Below, piece after piece: positions 1 through 10,265 of a stretch of DNA of 20,000 bases. Origin of the DNA: Mesotaenium endlicherianum (Eukaryota). The stretch's first letter is position 1. The number at the start of each line of letters is the position of its first letter. Under the pieces are notes generated by a model. That model saw nothing but the letters and a program-made list of their open reading frames with translations. It made no database searches and had not been told where the DNA came from. The position numbers and the translations under genes were made by a program. Where the stretch lies: positions 286,383 through 306,382 of the forward strand of contig WELA01003606.1 in NCBI GenBank assembly GCA_009602735.1. Reading direction: 5' to 3'.

Positions 1-395
1 CACGCAAGGGCGTGAGCGACCGTGAGCGCCTCGTCTCGCGGAGAGGAGTGGTCTCTCGAGCGGGCCCAATGGTCGGCTTGGTGCGATGTGCGGATCGCAG
101 GGGCGGATGGGCGCAGGTAGCCGGGCCTGCGCGTGGCGGATCGCGGATGCTGCTCCGAGGCTCCAGCTGGCGCACGAGAGGCGAGGTAGTGCTGGAAGAA
201 GCAGCTGTCGCGTGAGCGGAGGCGAACAAGTGCCTCACGCGGCACTCGTTGCTCGTGGACCAGTCATGGGACACGGGACGGCTGGGTCTAGCTGAAGCGG
301 CACGAGCCCAGGTGGACCGGGCCGCGGCCTCCTGCGGTAGGTCGTTGAAGCCAGGCGGGCTTGTAGGCCTGCGCCGAACGTGCGTCGTGGGCGTA
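1..395 (-). pseudogene. Element D, distal part of the post-protease reading frame (low complexity, no recognisable domain)
   Basis: After removing the solo LTR and one TSD copy, the minus frame from 1353 continues without a stop to position 1 (…EEPRPPT|PTTHVRRRPTSPPGFNDLPQEAAARSTW…). GC-rich composition matches 1149-4500. Confidence 0.55.
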
Positions 396-1148
396 TGAAA
401 GGGGCAGAGTGCCCTAGTGGAAGCGTAGTGACTCACGAGGAAACGAACTAGTTGCAATCATACTAAAGTGCAGCGGCATATAACTAAGAAAGCTTAGGGC
501 GATTATTTGACATTTTTACTTGCAAGAAATTTCTCACAATTGTTGTAGGATGAAAGGCCTTGTCATTACAAACCTGAGAAATTTACAGAAGTGAAAACGA
601 ATAAGAAATGAAGTAGTTATGTCTATTTATAGTTTTCTACGGCGGCCGCTCGCCCCTAGGCGAGAGGAACGCTTAGCAACGGATTTTCCTAAGTGTTTGT
701 CAAATCGTCCCTTCCAGAATATTTGTGAGAAAGCCAGACCAGTCTCATCTGACGTGTCGGGCCGATTTGACGTCCACATGTATGCATTGAAATATCTTGA
801 ATATACTAACTTAGACGCGCTAGGCTAATCCGAAACTTCTAGGTAAATCGACCTAGTCGGCACTCCGCGTCAGCCGAACTTACGTGAAGGTTCGAGTTCA
901 TTCTAACGGGCCAGACCGCTCGACGCTGTCGGTCAATCCGACGGTTGCGCTCACCGCAAATTAAGGACAGTTGTGAACCGACCTCAAAAACTAATTAAAC
1001 TTTGGAAATCCATAACTCTCTCAATACTTGACCAAATTCGATGAACTTTATATCAAAATGACCACAAAAACAAACTCTATACTACTATGCAATCAAAGTA
1101 TACTTTCTTGAAACTCAAAAATGCACTTTATACACCTATGACCTTACA
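396..1148 (-). mobile_element. Solo LTR, family A (753 bp)
   Basis: Reverse complement of the LTRs at 4501-5244 and 10266-11009 (TGTAAGGTCA…GCCCCTTTCA). Flanked by GCGTA (391-395) and GTGTA (1149-1153), a 5-bp TSD with one CpG transition. No adjacent PBS, PPT or internal sequence. Confidence 0.95.
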
Positions 1149-2553
1149 GTGTAGGTGGCCGAGGCTCCTCTGATGGCTGCGCGAGGTACTCCTCCGCAGA
1201 CTCCTCGGGAAGCTGCTCCCACTGCTCCTCCTCCTCCTCGTCGCTGCCGAGGAGTAGGTCGTTGGACTTGCCAGGATAGGCGGCCTGCCGCATGGCCTCC
1301 TCCTCTGATGCCGTGATGCGAGGCCAGGAGTCGCCAGTCTGGTGCGATGCGCGTCAGGCTGGCGGCTGAGAGTCCATACTATACTGGATGGCCACACCAA
1401 CGGGTACGTCGTGGCGTACGCGGACGTCTGTCCTCGCTGAAGGCCCACTGCAAGACGCCAAGGCCGTGGCAGCGGTGGGGGCGGCCGCCGCTGAGTCACG
1501 AGCAAGGACTGCGGCAGCGACGGCCGTACGGGCAACGGCGAGAGCCTCGGTGGCATCCTCCGCCATTTGCCGTATTCTGGCGCGGTGCGCTGCGCAGATG
1601 CGTATCTGCTCCCTAGCCTGGGCTGCCAAGACATCTGCCTGATCCTGTGGCGTGAGGTGGAGCTCTGCGCTAGGCAGGTCCGGCTCCTCATCCTGCGGCT
1701 CAAGCAGGTCCTCTCCCACAAAGATCTCCTCGTCCTCGGGCCCTCCCTTATTGGTCTGGACCACTGGGCGGACGTTGCCCAGCCCCATAAAGCTGTAGAG
1801 AGCGGACACCGCTGGGCGGCAATTGACGATGTCGAGGGGCAAGGACCCCGTGCGCGTCCCTCCTGACTGCCAGTCAGGTCGTTAGAAGACCAGCTCCGCC
1901 CAGTTGTCGACCGCGGCGTTGATGGGAAAGAGCACGCCCTATCCCAGTAGTACGTCAAAGGACTCTGAAGGAGTGACGAGCGCGTGCCAATGGATGGTTG
2001 TCTCGTCTGTAGTGCTTGGGCGGAGAGTGAACCGCAGTGCCAGCCTTGTGCAAACTGTGACAGACTCATAGGTGCCGGCCGCGGTGTTAATGCGCGTCGG
2101 CGAGTCCTCCAAGTCGGCCGACGAGAGCCCCAGCCAACGGAAGTAGCCCAGGCTGATGAGGACCGGCTGCACGCCCGTGTTGAACATGATGTGCTGCGGC
2201 GCCTGGGTGTTGACGAGCACGATCCCCTGCAAATTATTCAAAAACGCGGCGTTAGGAGTGCTGATCATCTTGCGCTCATATGCAGGGCGCGCTGGTGCGG
2301 ATCGCACCGCGGTTGCGGCATCGGCTGTAGGCCTGCCAATGGCAGCGCGCACAGTGTCTGCGCGTGATCGGAGCAGCATCTGAGCGGCCTGCCTCGTCGC
2401 CTCTATGGAAACTACTCCAAGCTCCGCGAAGGAGACCGTCGGCATGCGGTGCAGTGCCAGCGAGATGGCTTCGGCGCTGAGCTCCACCGTCGTCATTGGC
2501 GAGGCGAGCGCGCGTGGCGCGGGCTCCGCTGGGGCTGCTGACGTCTCCAGCAC
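1149..2553 (-). pseudogene. Element D retropepsin-like aspartic protease plus acidic/Ala-rich downstream region, degenerate
   Basis: One frame with stops at 1939, 1882 and 1354: QHIMFNTGVQPVLIS (D-T-G motif, D>N), RINTAAG flap, SFDVLLG*GVLFPINAAVDNWAELVF*RPDWQSGG, then EDEEIFVGEDLLEP… and SDEEEEEQW. Confidence 0.75.
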
Positions 2554-2748
2554 GCAAAATCAACGGGGCAGGCGCTGCGCCTCCTTCGTTCATCGTCCCT
2601 GGTCTGGCCCGTTGCGCTTCTGCGGCGCTGCGGGCCCGCCGGCTGGTGCCACGTGCGTGTGCTCGCGGCTCGCGCGACTGATCGCAGGGCGGCTGCCGAG
2701 AGGCTGCGTGCGTGCGCAGCAGGCCAAAATGGCAGTTGCTGGCGCAGT

Positions 2749-2844
2749 CGCAAGGCCTGCCGCGCAGCCTGGTGCGCGGTCTGCCGCAAGGCCTGCCACA
2801 AGGCTTGCCGAGCCGCCTGCCGCAGAGCCTCCCCCAAGGTCCGG
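2749..2844. repeat. 12-bp degenerate tandem repeat x8 (consensus CGCAAGGCCTGC)
   Basis: Units cgcaaggcctgc, cgcgcagcctgg, tgcgcggtctgc, cgcaaggcctgc, cacaaggcttgc, cgagccgcctgc, cgcagagcctcc, cccaaggtccgg. One minus frame reads ALRQAARQALWQALRQTAHQAARQALR. Confidence 0.85.
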
Positions 2845-3207
2845 CGTGGCGACTGACGCGTCATGGTGGCTGGCGCGTGTGCGGATGCCGGCACACTCGC
2901 AGACGCAGGCGCAAGCGCTGCAAACGCAAGCGCATGCGTAGCAGCCGGAAGCGCAGCGGTTGTCAAGAGCGCTGTTGCCGGAACGGCTGGAGCTACAGGC
3001 GAGCACGCGGCTGCCGGGAGGCTGCCACGTGGCGCCTCCTAGTGGCTCCTGGAGCCAAGGGGTCGCGTTGTCGGATCGATGTCGGCGTCAGTCTCGGCTC
3101 CCCCCTGCAAAGCTTGTGGCGCCCTCCCCCTGGTGCGTTCGCTTGCTGGAGCCCCCGCAGCGCGAACTGCGGCGATGTCGGGGTTTTATGTGGAGTTAGG
3201 GTTTAAG

Positions 3208-3557
3208 CCCTGGCTGTGCGCAACCGTGTTGGCGCCGTCGGGACCCCGCACGGCGATTTGGTTGCACAGCGCCGTCGGGGTAGCCCCCCCCTCGAGTGAG
3301 GATGGCGATTGCGGCCGCCAGATCTGCACTGGCTGGCCCAGGTTGTGCGCGCGTGCCAAGTGGCGATACGTGTGCGCCATGGAAAAACCCTAGCTGCACG
3401 CGGCTGCGGGTGCGCCGTTGGCGCCTTGTCCGATGATCCGGCCGCACAGCGCAGTCGGGGTTGCCCCCCCCTGCCTAAACATGGTGGTCGCAGTCGCTGT
3501 CTCTGCACTGGCCGTGCCAGGCTGCGCGCGCACGCCACGTGGCAGCTTATGTGCACA
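3208..3557. repeat. Diverged ~180-bp tandem duplication (2 copies)
   Basis: Anchors: ccctggctg 3208 / ccctagctg 3388; gcacagcgc.gtcggggt.gcccccccct 3264 / 3444; ctgcactggc 3324 / 3503. GGATPTALC appears twice in the minus frame. Confidence 0.8.
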
Positions 3558-3925
3558 GCTGCCGTGCGCAGCTGCGGCTGCTGCTGCGAAGCCGTCGTGG
3601 CGTCGTAAGCTGCGCAGCGGTCCTGGCAGCGCGATGTGCGGCGTGCGCGTACGTGCAAGTGCGTGCGCGGGCGCACTGCTGTTGGCAGGAGCGGCCCCAC
3701 CTGTCGTGCAGAGAACAAGTGGCGGCCTCTGCTGGGGCCTGCTGTCTGCAGCAGCCAGCAGGGGGCGGCTGTCTCGGCCCGTGCGCAGATCTGTACACGG
3801 ACGTGCCGGGCGTACGGCAAGGGACACTGCAACTGTGCTAGATGCAGACGTGCGTGCCGCCCGGTGCGCTCGTGCCGGCGTACGAGCTGTCGTTGCGCGA
3901 GCCGAATAAAAGCCTGCTGGGGACA

Positions 3926-4495
3926 TTAGGGCAACGCAGACTTGGGGCTCTGTCGGAGCCTGGCTGGCGCGCGTGTGGTCCCGTCTGCAGGTTTGCCTAC
4001 GCCAGGGGATGGCGCGGCCGCGCAGACCTGTAGCCTGCCGTCTGGCAGCCTGTCATAGCATGCGCAGTCGCTGCTGACAGATGTCAGCGCGGTGTGCAAA
4101 GGGCTGGCAAGGCCGTCTTTGCGGGCTCCTGCAGCTCCAATCGCGGGCGCTATGTCGTCGCGCTGACTTGCGCGGGGCTGCGGCGTTGCCGCGAAGCCGA
4201 ATGTCAGCGTCTGAGATTGTTGAGGGTCGGAGCCAGGCGTGTGCGCAGGGGCTGCGCGGGCGCCAGCTGTCAGCGCTGTGGCGTAGGACGGTGGAGCCTG
4301 TGCGAAGAGCGCTCCGCACGCGTCGTAGCTATCGGCGTTAAAGAGGCCACGGAGTCTTGCGATCTCCGCGTTGGCCTCCACGAGGGCGTCACTGACATTG
4401 TCAAAGCTGCAGTAGTCGGCTCCGAGAGTCAGCGCGGCGTCCGTCGTGGCCGTAGCTGCCGTCATTGCGGGCCGTCCACCTGTGCAAGGGTTGCG
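3926..4495 (-). pseudogene. Element D Gag C-terminal extension (left half of the gag split by element A)
   Basis: In frame with 11010-12164 once element A and one TSD copy are removed (…AAGQRGG|RNPCTGGRPAMTAATATT…). Confidence 0.75.
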
Positions 4496-4500
4496 CCCAC

Positions 4501-5244
4501 TGTAAGGTCATAGGTTTATAAAGTGCATTTCTGAGTTTCATAAAAGTATGTTTTGATTGTAAAGTAGTGTAGAGTGCATTTTTGTGGTCATTCTGATATA
4601 AAGTTCATCGAATTTGGTCAAGTATTGAGAGAGTGATGGATTTCCGAAGTTCAATTAGTTTTGAGGTCGGTTGACGACTGTCCTTAATTTGCGGTGAGCG
4701 CGACCGTCGGATTGACCGACAGCGTCGAGCGATCTGGCCCGTTAGAATGAACTGGAACCTTCACGTATGTTCGGCTGACGCGGAGTGCCGACTAGGTCGA
4801 TTTACCTAGAAGTTTCGGATTAGCCTAGCGCGTCTAAGATAGAATATTCTAATAATGTCGATGCATGTATGTGGACGTCAATTCGGCCCGACACGTCAGA
4901 TTAGACTGATCTGGCTTACTCACGAATATTCTGGAAGGGACGATTTGACGAAACCTTAGGAAAATCCATAGCTTCCTCCTAGGGAGGAGCACTTAGGCAG
5001 AAAATTATAAATAGGCATAACTTCTTTGTTTCTTATCAATTTTCACTTCTGTAAATTTTTATGGGTTGGCAATGACAAGGTTTTTCATTCTAAATCACTT
5101 GTGAGCAGTTTCTTACTACTCAAAATGTTGAGTAATTCTTTTAAGCTTTCTTAGTGATATGTCGTTGCACTCATTAGTATGATTGCAGCTAGTTCCTTTC
5201 CTCGTGAGTTACTACGCTTCCACTAGGGCACTCTGGGCCTTTCA
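4501..5244 (+). repeat. Element A 5' LTR
   Basis: TGTAAGG…CCTTTCA, direct repeat of 10266-11009 (about 55 substitutions, no indels, by manual alignment). TATAAATA at 5006-5013. Confidence 0.97.
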
Positions 5245-5246
5245 TC

Positions 5247-5264
5247 TGGTATCGGGGCTAGGCT
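5247..5264 (+). promoter_or_regulatory. Element A primer-binding site, tRNA-iMet type
   Basis: TGGTATCGGGGCTAGGCT, 2 nt after the LTR; 14/18 match to the plant iMet complement TGGTATCAGAGCCAGGTT, all mismatches transitions. Confidence 0.85.
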
Positions 5265-5281
5265 AGATTGCATATTAAATT

Positions 5282-6176
5282 ATGGAGTCGCAGTCGACAG
5301 CTGGAGGAGGCAAACATGTCAAGCATGTTGAGCGCGCGAGGCAGCAGGCAGCACCAACGATGACTAGAGAGCAACAAGAGATGCAGGCGATGCTTAGGCA
5401 AATGGCAAGTGCAACTAGAGGAGAAGTCTACGCCCAATTTCAACAAAATATCGCGCGGAGGTGGAGGGATGGTGCGAGTTGTTGTTGGGAATGCCGCTTT
5501 GACGAGTTCGGCACGTGCACCCGTTGTACCACCAATTCATGTTAACCGAGTGGTGCAACCAGTTATTCCACCAACATCGGAAGTGCGTGCGCCTAAGCCT
5601 GAAGTGTATACTGGAGAGCGAGGATCGCCGCCTGTTCATCAATGGATTTTTGGAGAGAAGAACTTTATGGAGTATTCTGCGCACACGCCCGACAGGCAAG
5701 TCGCCTTCGTCATAACTCTGCTACAGAAGAGTGCTGGAGCCTGGTATGAGCGACAGGAGCAGCTGTTTGGAGTTCCTGCTACTGTTGATCAGCTCTTTGA
5801 AGGCTTGAAGAGGCAATTTCAACCTATTGCACCCGAAGCTACCGCTCGAGATCTATTTGTGCGCCTTCGTTAGCGAGGAAGCGTTCAGGAGTATGTTTCG
5901 CGCTTCAACGAGCTGGTGCTTCAATGTCCATCCATGCACGAGTCGGAGATGATGGACAAGTTCAAGAGAGGACTCAAGCCAACTGTGGCCAAGGAAGTGG
6001 CACTCAAGGACCCTACCAATACCTATGGAGTTGGGACTTCTTCAGTCCCAGCGCAGGCAGCAGAATTTCAAGCCGAGAGGACCCTGCTATAATTGTGGCA
6101 AGCTTGGGCATCTGGCTCGAGACTGTCATGTGAAGGCAAAGCAACCTCAACAGCAGGAAAAGGAGGACGCCAGTAA
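5282..6176 (+). pseudogene. gag: Element A gag (capsid plus CCHC zinc knuckle), frameshifted with an internal stop
   Basis: PKPEVYTGERG…AGAWY…RLR*RGSVQEYVSRFNEL…KFKRGLK; PMELG; CYNCGKLGHLARDC. Frame changes near 5405 and 6020; TAG at 5871. Confidence 0.9.
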
Positions 6177-6213
6177 GTCGTTCTGGGGTGTCTACTGGCG
6201 TGAAGACAAGAAC
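6155..6213 (+). promoter_or_regulatory. Putative -1 ribosomal frameshift element (degenerate slippery site plus stem-loop/pseudoknot)
   Basis: AGGAAAA (6155-6161), 5-nt spacer, perfect 9-bp stem ACGCCAGTA (6167-6175) / TACTGGCGT (6193-6201). Loop GTTCT (6180-6184) is complementary to AGAAC (6209-6213). Confidence 0.65.
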
Positions 6214-9200
6214 TCACAAGGAGGTTATCCCACGGAGCCCGCCGAGAAGCGAAAGACGAGACGTTGACAAGCCTATCATCGTGGAAGGAGTCGTCGACGG
6301 CAACAAGGCGAAGTGTATGGTCGACAGTGGCGCAAGTGCAAACTTTGTGCACAAGAAGCTGGTGAAAGAGTGGCGAATCCCTGTGCAAAAGCATTATGAG
6401 CCTAAGGAGGCAATTTCGGCAAATGGGCAGAGACTCAAGTGTGGTGCACCTACGGAAGCTATTCACGTGGAAGTAGCGGGGCACCGGAGTAAGGAAGTTA
6501 TGGAGCAGGCAGAGTTAGGTCACCATGAGGTGATATTGGGCCGACCATGGCTCAGAAAAGCCAACCCTCAAGTGCACTGGAGCATAGGACAAGTGAAAGC
6601 CCAAGGGCGTGATGGTCGAATATAGACAGCGAAACAGGTGGAGGTAGATACGACCACAAGTAACTGTCTTCTGTCGAGCCTGCAAGTTAAGAAGCTATGC
6701 AGGGCGAATCAGGTGAAGGAGATGTACCTTGTTTCGGTGGCCCTGGCCAGGTCATCAGATGGAGCAAGCGTGAATCCTAACAGCCTGGGCGAATGTACAT
6801 CGCCGGAGGAGCAAGTAGTGGTGTCTGATTCCCTTGCTCAGAAGGAGCAGAGCCCAATTGCTCAAGAGAAGAAGCCTGTTAAGATGCCTGCCCAAATTAA
6901 GGCGCTGTTGGAGGAGTTCAAGTGCGTTTTTCTAGTGGAGTTACCAGCAGGATTACCTCCACAGAGAGCTATGGAGCACAAGATCGAGTTGGAACCAGGG
7001 AGCAAGCCACCAGTGAGACCCGCCTATCGTCAATCGTTTGCGGAGTTGGACGAGTTGAAGAAGCAGCTGACAAAGTTGTTGGAGAAGGGATTCATCCAAC
7101 CCAGCGAGTCTCCATTTGCAGCGCGAGTCTTATTTGTGAAGAAGAAGGATGGGACTATGAGGATGTGTGTCAACTACCGGGCACTCAACAAGGTCACCAT
7201 CAAGAACAGGTACCCACTTCCACGAGTGGACGAGTTGATTGACAGGCTTGTCGGGGCGAAGTATTTCTCAAAGATCGATTTGAGGAGTGGCTATCACCAG
7301 GTACGAATTGCGGAAGAAGACGTTCAGAAGACTGCTTTCAGGACTCGCTATGGTTTATTTGAGTTCACAGTCATGCCTTCTGGGCTGAGTAATGCACCTG
7401 CTACATTCATGGGACTCATGAATAGTATCTTCAGACCCTACTTGGACCAATTTGTGGTGGTATTTTTGGACGACATCCTGATCTATTCGAAGACCTTGGA
7501 AGAGCATGTGGAGCATCTGAGGAAGGTTTTGGAGGTCTTGAGAGATCAGAAGTTATACGGGAAGATGAGCAAGTGCGACTTCTGTCTCAAGGAGGTCGAG
7601 TTTCTTGGACATATAATGGGAGCTGAAGGAGTCAAGGTGGAGCGAAAGAAGGTGCAAGCAGTTAGAGATTGGCCGGTACCTGCTGATATTCATCAACTCA
7701 AGAGTTTTCTAGGCATGGCAAATTACTATCGACGTGTCATTGAAGGAACTGCCAAGGTGTGTGCACCGCTCACGAACATGTTGAAGAAGGAGGAGAAGTG
7801 GCTATGGGGTGACAAGGAGCAGCAAGCCTTCGAGAAGATTAAGGAGCTGTTGACACAGGCACCTGTGTTGGCAATGGCCAATTCAGATATTCCTTTCACC
7901 ATCATTAGGGACGCATTAAACTTTGCATTGGGAGCCATTCTTCTCCAGGACCAGGGTAGAGGATTGCAGCCTGTGGCATATGAGAGCAAAAAGTGGAGTC
8001 CTGCTGAGCAAAACTATGCAGCACACGAGCAGGAGATGTTGGCTATTATCCAGGCTTTGAGGATTTGGCGATGTTATGTGGACGGAAGGAAGGTGTTGAT
8101 CAAGACCGACCACAAGAGCTTGGAGAAGTTTATGACGCAGCCAACGTTGACACCAAGACAGGCAAGGTGGATGGAGTTTCTGCAACAGTTTGACCACAAG
8201 ATTGAGTACTTACTTGGGAAGGTCAACCCTGCAGACGCTTTATCCAAGAGGTGCGACCTTGCAGCTGTCTCAGTCATCAAGAAGAGTATCGACTACAAGG
8301 AGAAGCTTAAGAGAGGTTATGAGGAGGATCCAAAATTTGCAGATTGTGGAACAGCTGAGTCCAACGCGAGTATGCAGACGAAGGACAACATATGGTATCA
8401 TGGTGATTCCAAGAGAGTGGTGGTATCTGACATCAAGGAGCTACGAGACTTACTACTTGCGGAGCATCATGACTGCTTATATGCTGGACACTTTGGAAGC
8501 AAGAAGACGGCAAGCGTGTTGAAGCGGGAATACTATTGGAGAGATATGGACAAGGACATCGAGGAGTGGATCACGAGTTGCGATGCGTGCCAGAGAAACA
8601 AGACACCAAATCAAAGAACGGGGGTACATTGCAGCCCCTGCCTATCCCAGAGTATTATTGGGAGCAGATTGCTATGAACTTCATCACGTCGTTACCAGTG
8701 AGTGGTCAAGGGCACGATGCAGTCTGGGTTGTGTCTGACCGGCTCACCAAGATGGCTCACTTCATTCCCATGAAGGAGACTTATACGGCAGCAGATGTGG
8801 CACGGCTATTCTTTGATCATATTTTCAGGCTACATGGGTTGCCGAAGGTGATTGTTTCAGATCGGGATCCAAGGTTTACTAGCAACTTCTGGCGGTCATT
8901 GTTTACTTTGATGAAGACCAAGCTGAGTATGAGCACTTTCTATCATCCTCAGACAGACGGGCAGAGCGAGAGGCTCAACAGAACTCTGCAAGAGATGCTC
9001 AGGAGTTTCACTATGGAGGACCCTTCAGAGTGGGACAAGAAGTTGCCAGGGTTGGATTTTGCCTACAACAACAGTATGCAGGGATTGACCAAGCAGTCAT
9101 CATTCGCTATGGTTTATGGAAGAGAAGTATATCATCCAGGGAACAACTTGTTGGAGTAGGCCAAGGAGACTCAAGTCCCTACTACACAAGCTTTTTTGGA

Positions 9201-9380
9201 GCAGATGGCCAAGACTTGGGATATGGCGAAGACGTGTATTCGGAAGGCACAGGAGGAACAGGTCAAGTATGCCAACAAGCACAGGAGGAAAGTGACATAC
9301 CATGTGGGTGACAAAGTACTCTTGTCAACAAAGAATCCACCTTTCACGGGCAAAAGTAAACTGCGGGCACGGTTTACAGG

Positions 9381-9879
9381 TGTAGTGCAACAGATAAATG
9401 AAGTACTTAGTGAAATAAAATACTTTATTCAAGACAAGGATCTTTGAACACAAGTGGTAGCTTCTTGAAAGAGAGATGGCTTCTTGAAAGTTAATATATT
9501 TTTGGATTTTGGCAAGTTCAAGAGTGATTCTAGAATGTCTTTCTATGTTCTAGCTCTTGTTTATATACTTGCAACATAAGTAATTTCTACGAAAGTGTAT
9601 GTTGATGTGTTGGCACGCAACACATCCCAAAACTTGCCACCTCTTTCTAAAATAATGTACACATGTCCTTTTGACCTAGAAATGGCACATTTGACTTTTG
9701 CCACATGGAGTTCTTCTAGGTCTTTCCTCTAACTTCGAAAATGCCTTGGAAGGTTCAAAGGACATGAACCAAGTTACTAGAGTACCTATTCACACTTGAC
9801 TCCACACAATACTACTCCAAATATATTTGAAAACATAAAAATATATGCAAACTAATATATAATAATTCAAATCACTACA
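9381..9879 (-). mobile_element. Solo LTR, family B (499 bp)
   Basis: TGTAGTG…CACTACA termini, perfect TSD ACAGG (9376-9380 / 9880-9884), about 95% identical to 16614-17116. Splits element A's GPF motif. Confidence 0.96.
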
Positions 9880-10251
9880 ACAGGTCCCTTTGTAGTGCTC
9901 AAGCAGGTGAATCCGGTGACCTACAAGTTGGAGCTTCCTTCAGGCTGGCGTATCCATGATGTGTTCCATGTCAGTTGTTTGCGGCCATACGTTGACCCGA
10001 ATGAAGGACATCCAGAACGACTAACTACACCGCCACCACCGGTCGAGATCGATGATGTATTGGAGGATGAACTGTAGGCAATTGTCGGTGACCGACGAGT
10101 CAAGCGAGGTCAACGACTTGTTCAAGATTATCTGGTCAAGTGGAAAGGCTACCATGCGGATGACAACACTTGGGAGCTAGAGGCCAACTTGACTTATTGT
10201 AAGAGTAAGTTGAGACGTTACTTGGAGAATGCGTCGAGGACGTCGCATCTT

Positions 10252-10262
10252 GAGGAGGGGGA
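10252..10262 (+). promoter_or_regulatory. Element A polypurine tract
   Basis: GAGGAGGGGGA ending 3 nt before the 3' LTR. Confidence 0.9.
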
Positions 10263-10265
10263 TGA

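Noticed and set aside
2590..3006. Cys-rich, metallothionein-like ORF (CASGCYACACVCSACACVCEC)
   Set aside because: It comes from degenerate TGCGCY hexamers in GC-rich DNA where all frames are open; the alternative frame is simply Ala/Pro-rich. No independent support.
3196..3393. Interstitial telomeric repeat
   Set aside because: Only two isolated single TTAGGGTTT / AAACCCTA motifs, not an array.
1128..4513. Many overlapping long ORFs on both strands, including the 313-aa ORF at 1128-2069
   Set aside because: Shadow ORFs expected at high GC. Only the minus-strand frames with protease motifs or Gag continuity are supported.
396..5244. Long terminal inverted repeats suggesting a DNA transposon or foldback element
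   Set aside because: Both arms are family-A LTRs, each with its own TSD pairing (GCGTA/GTGTA; CCCAC/CCCGC via the 3' LTR). No transposase lies between them.
9381..9879. MITE (AT-rich 499 bp with 7-bp inverted ends)
   Set aside because: The same sequence is the PPT-adjacent 3' LTR of element B at 16614-17116; TG…CA ends and a 5-bp TSD indicate a solo LTR.
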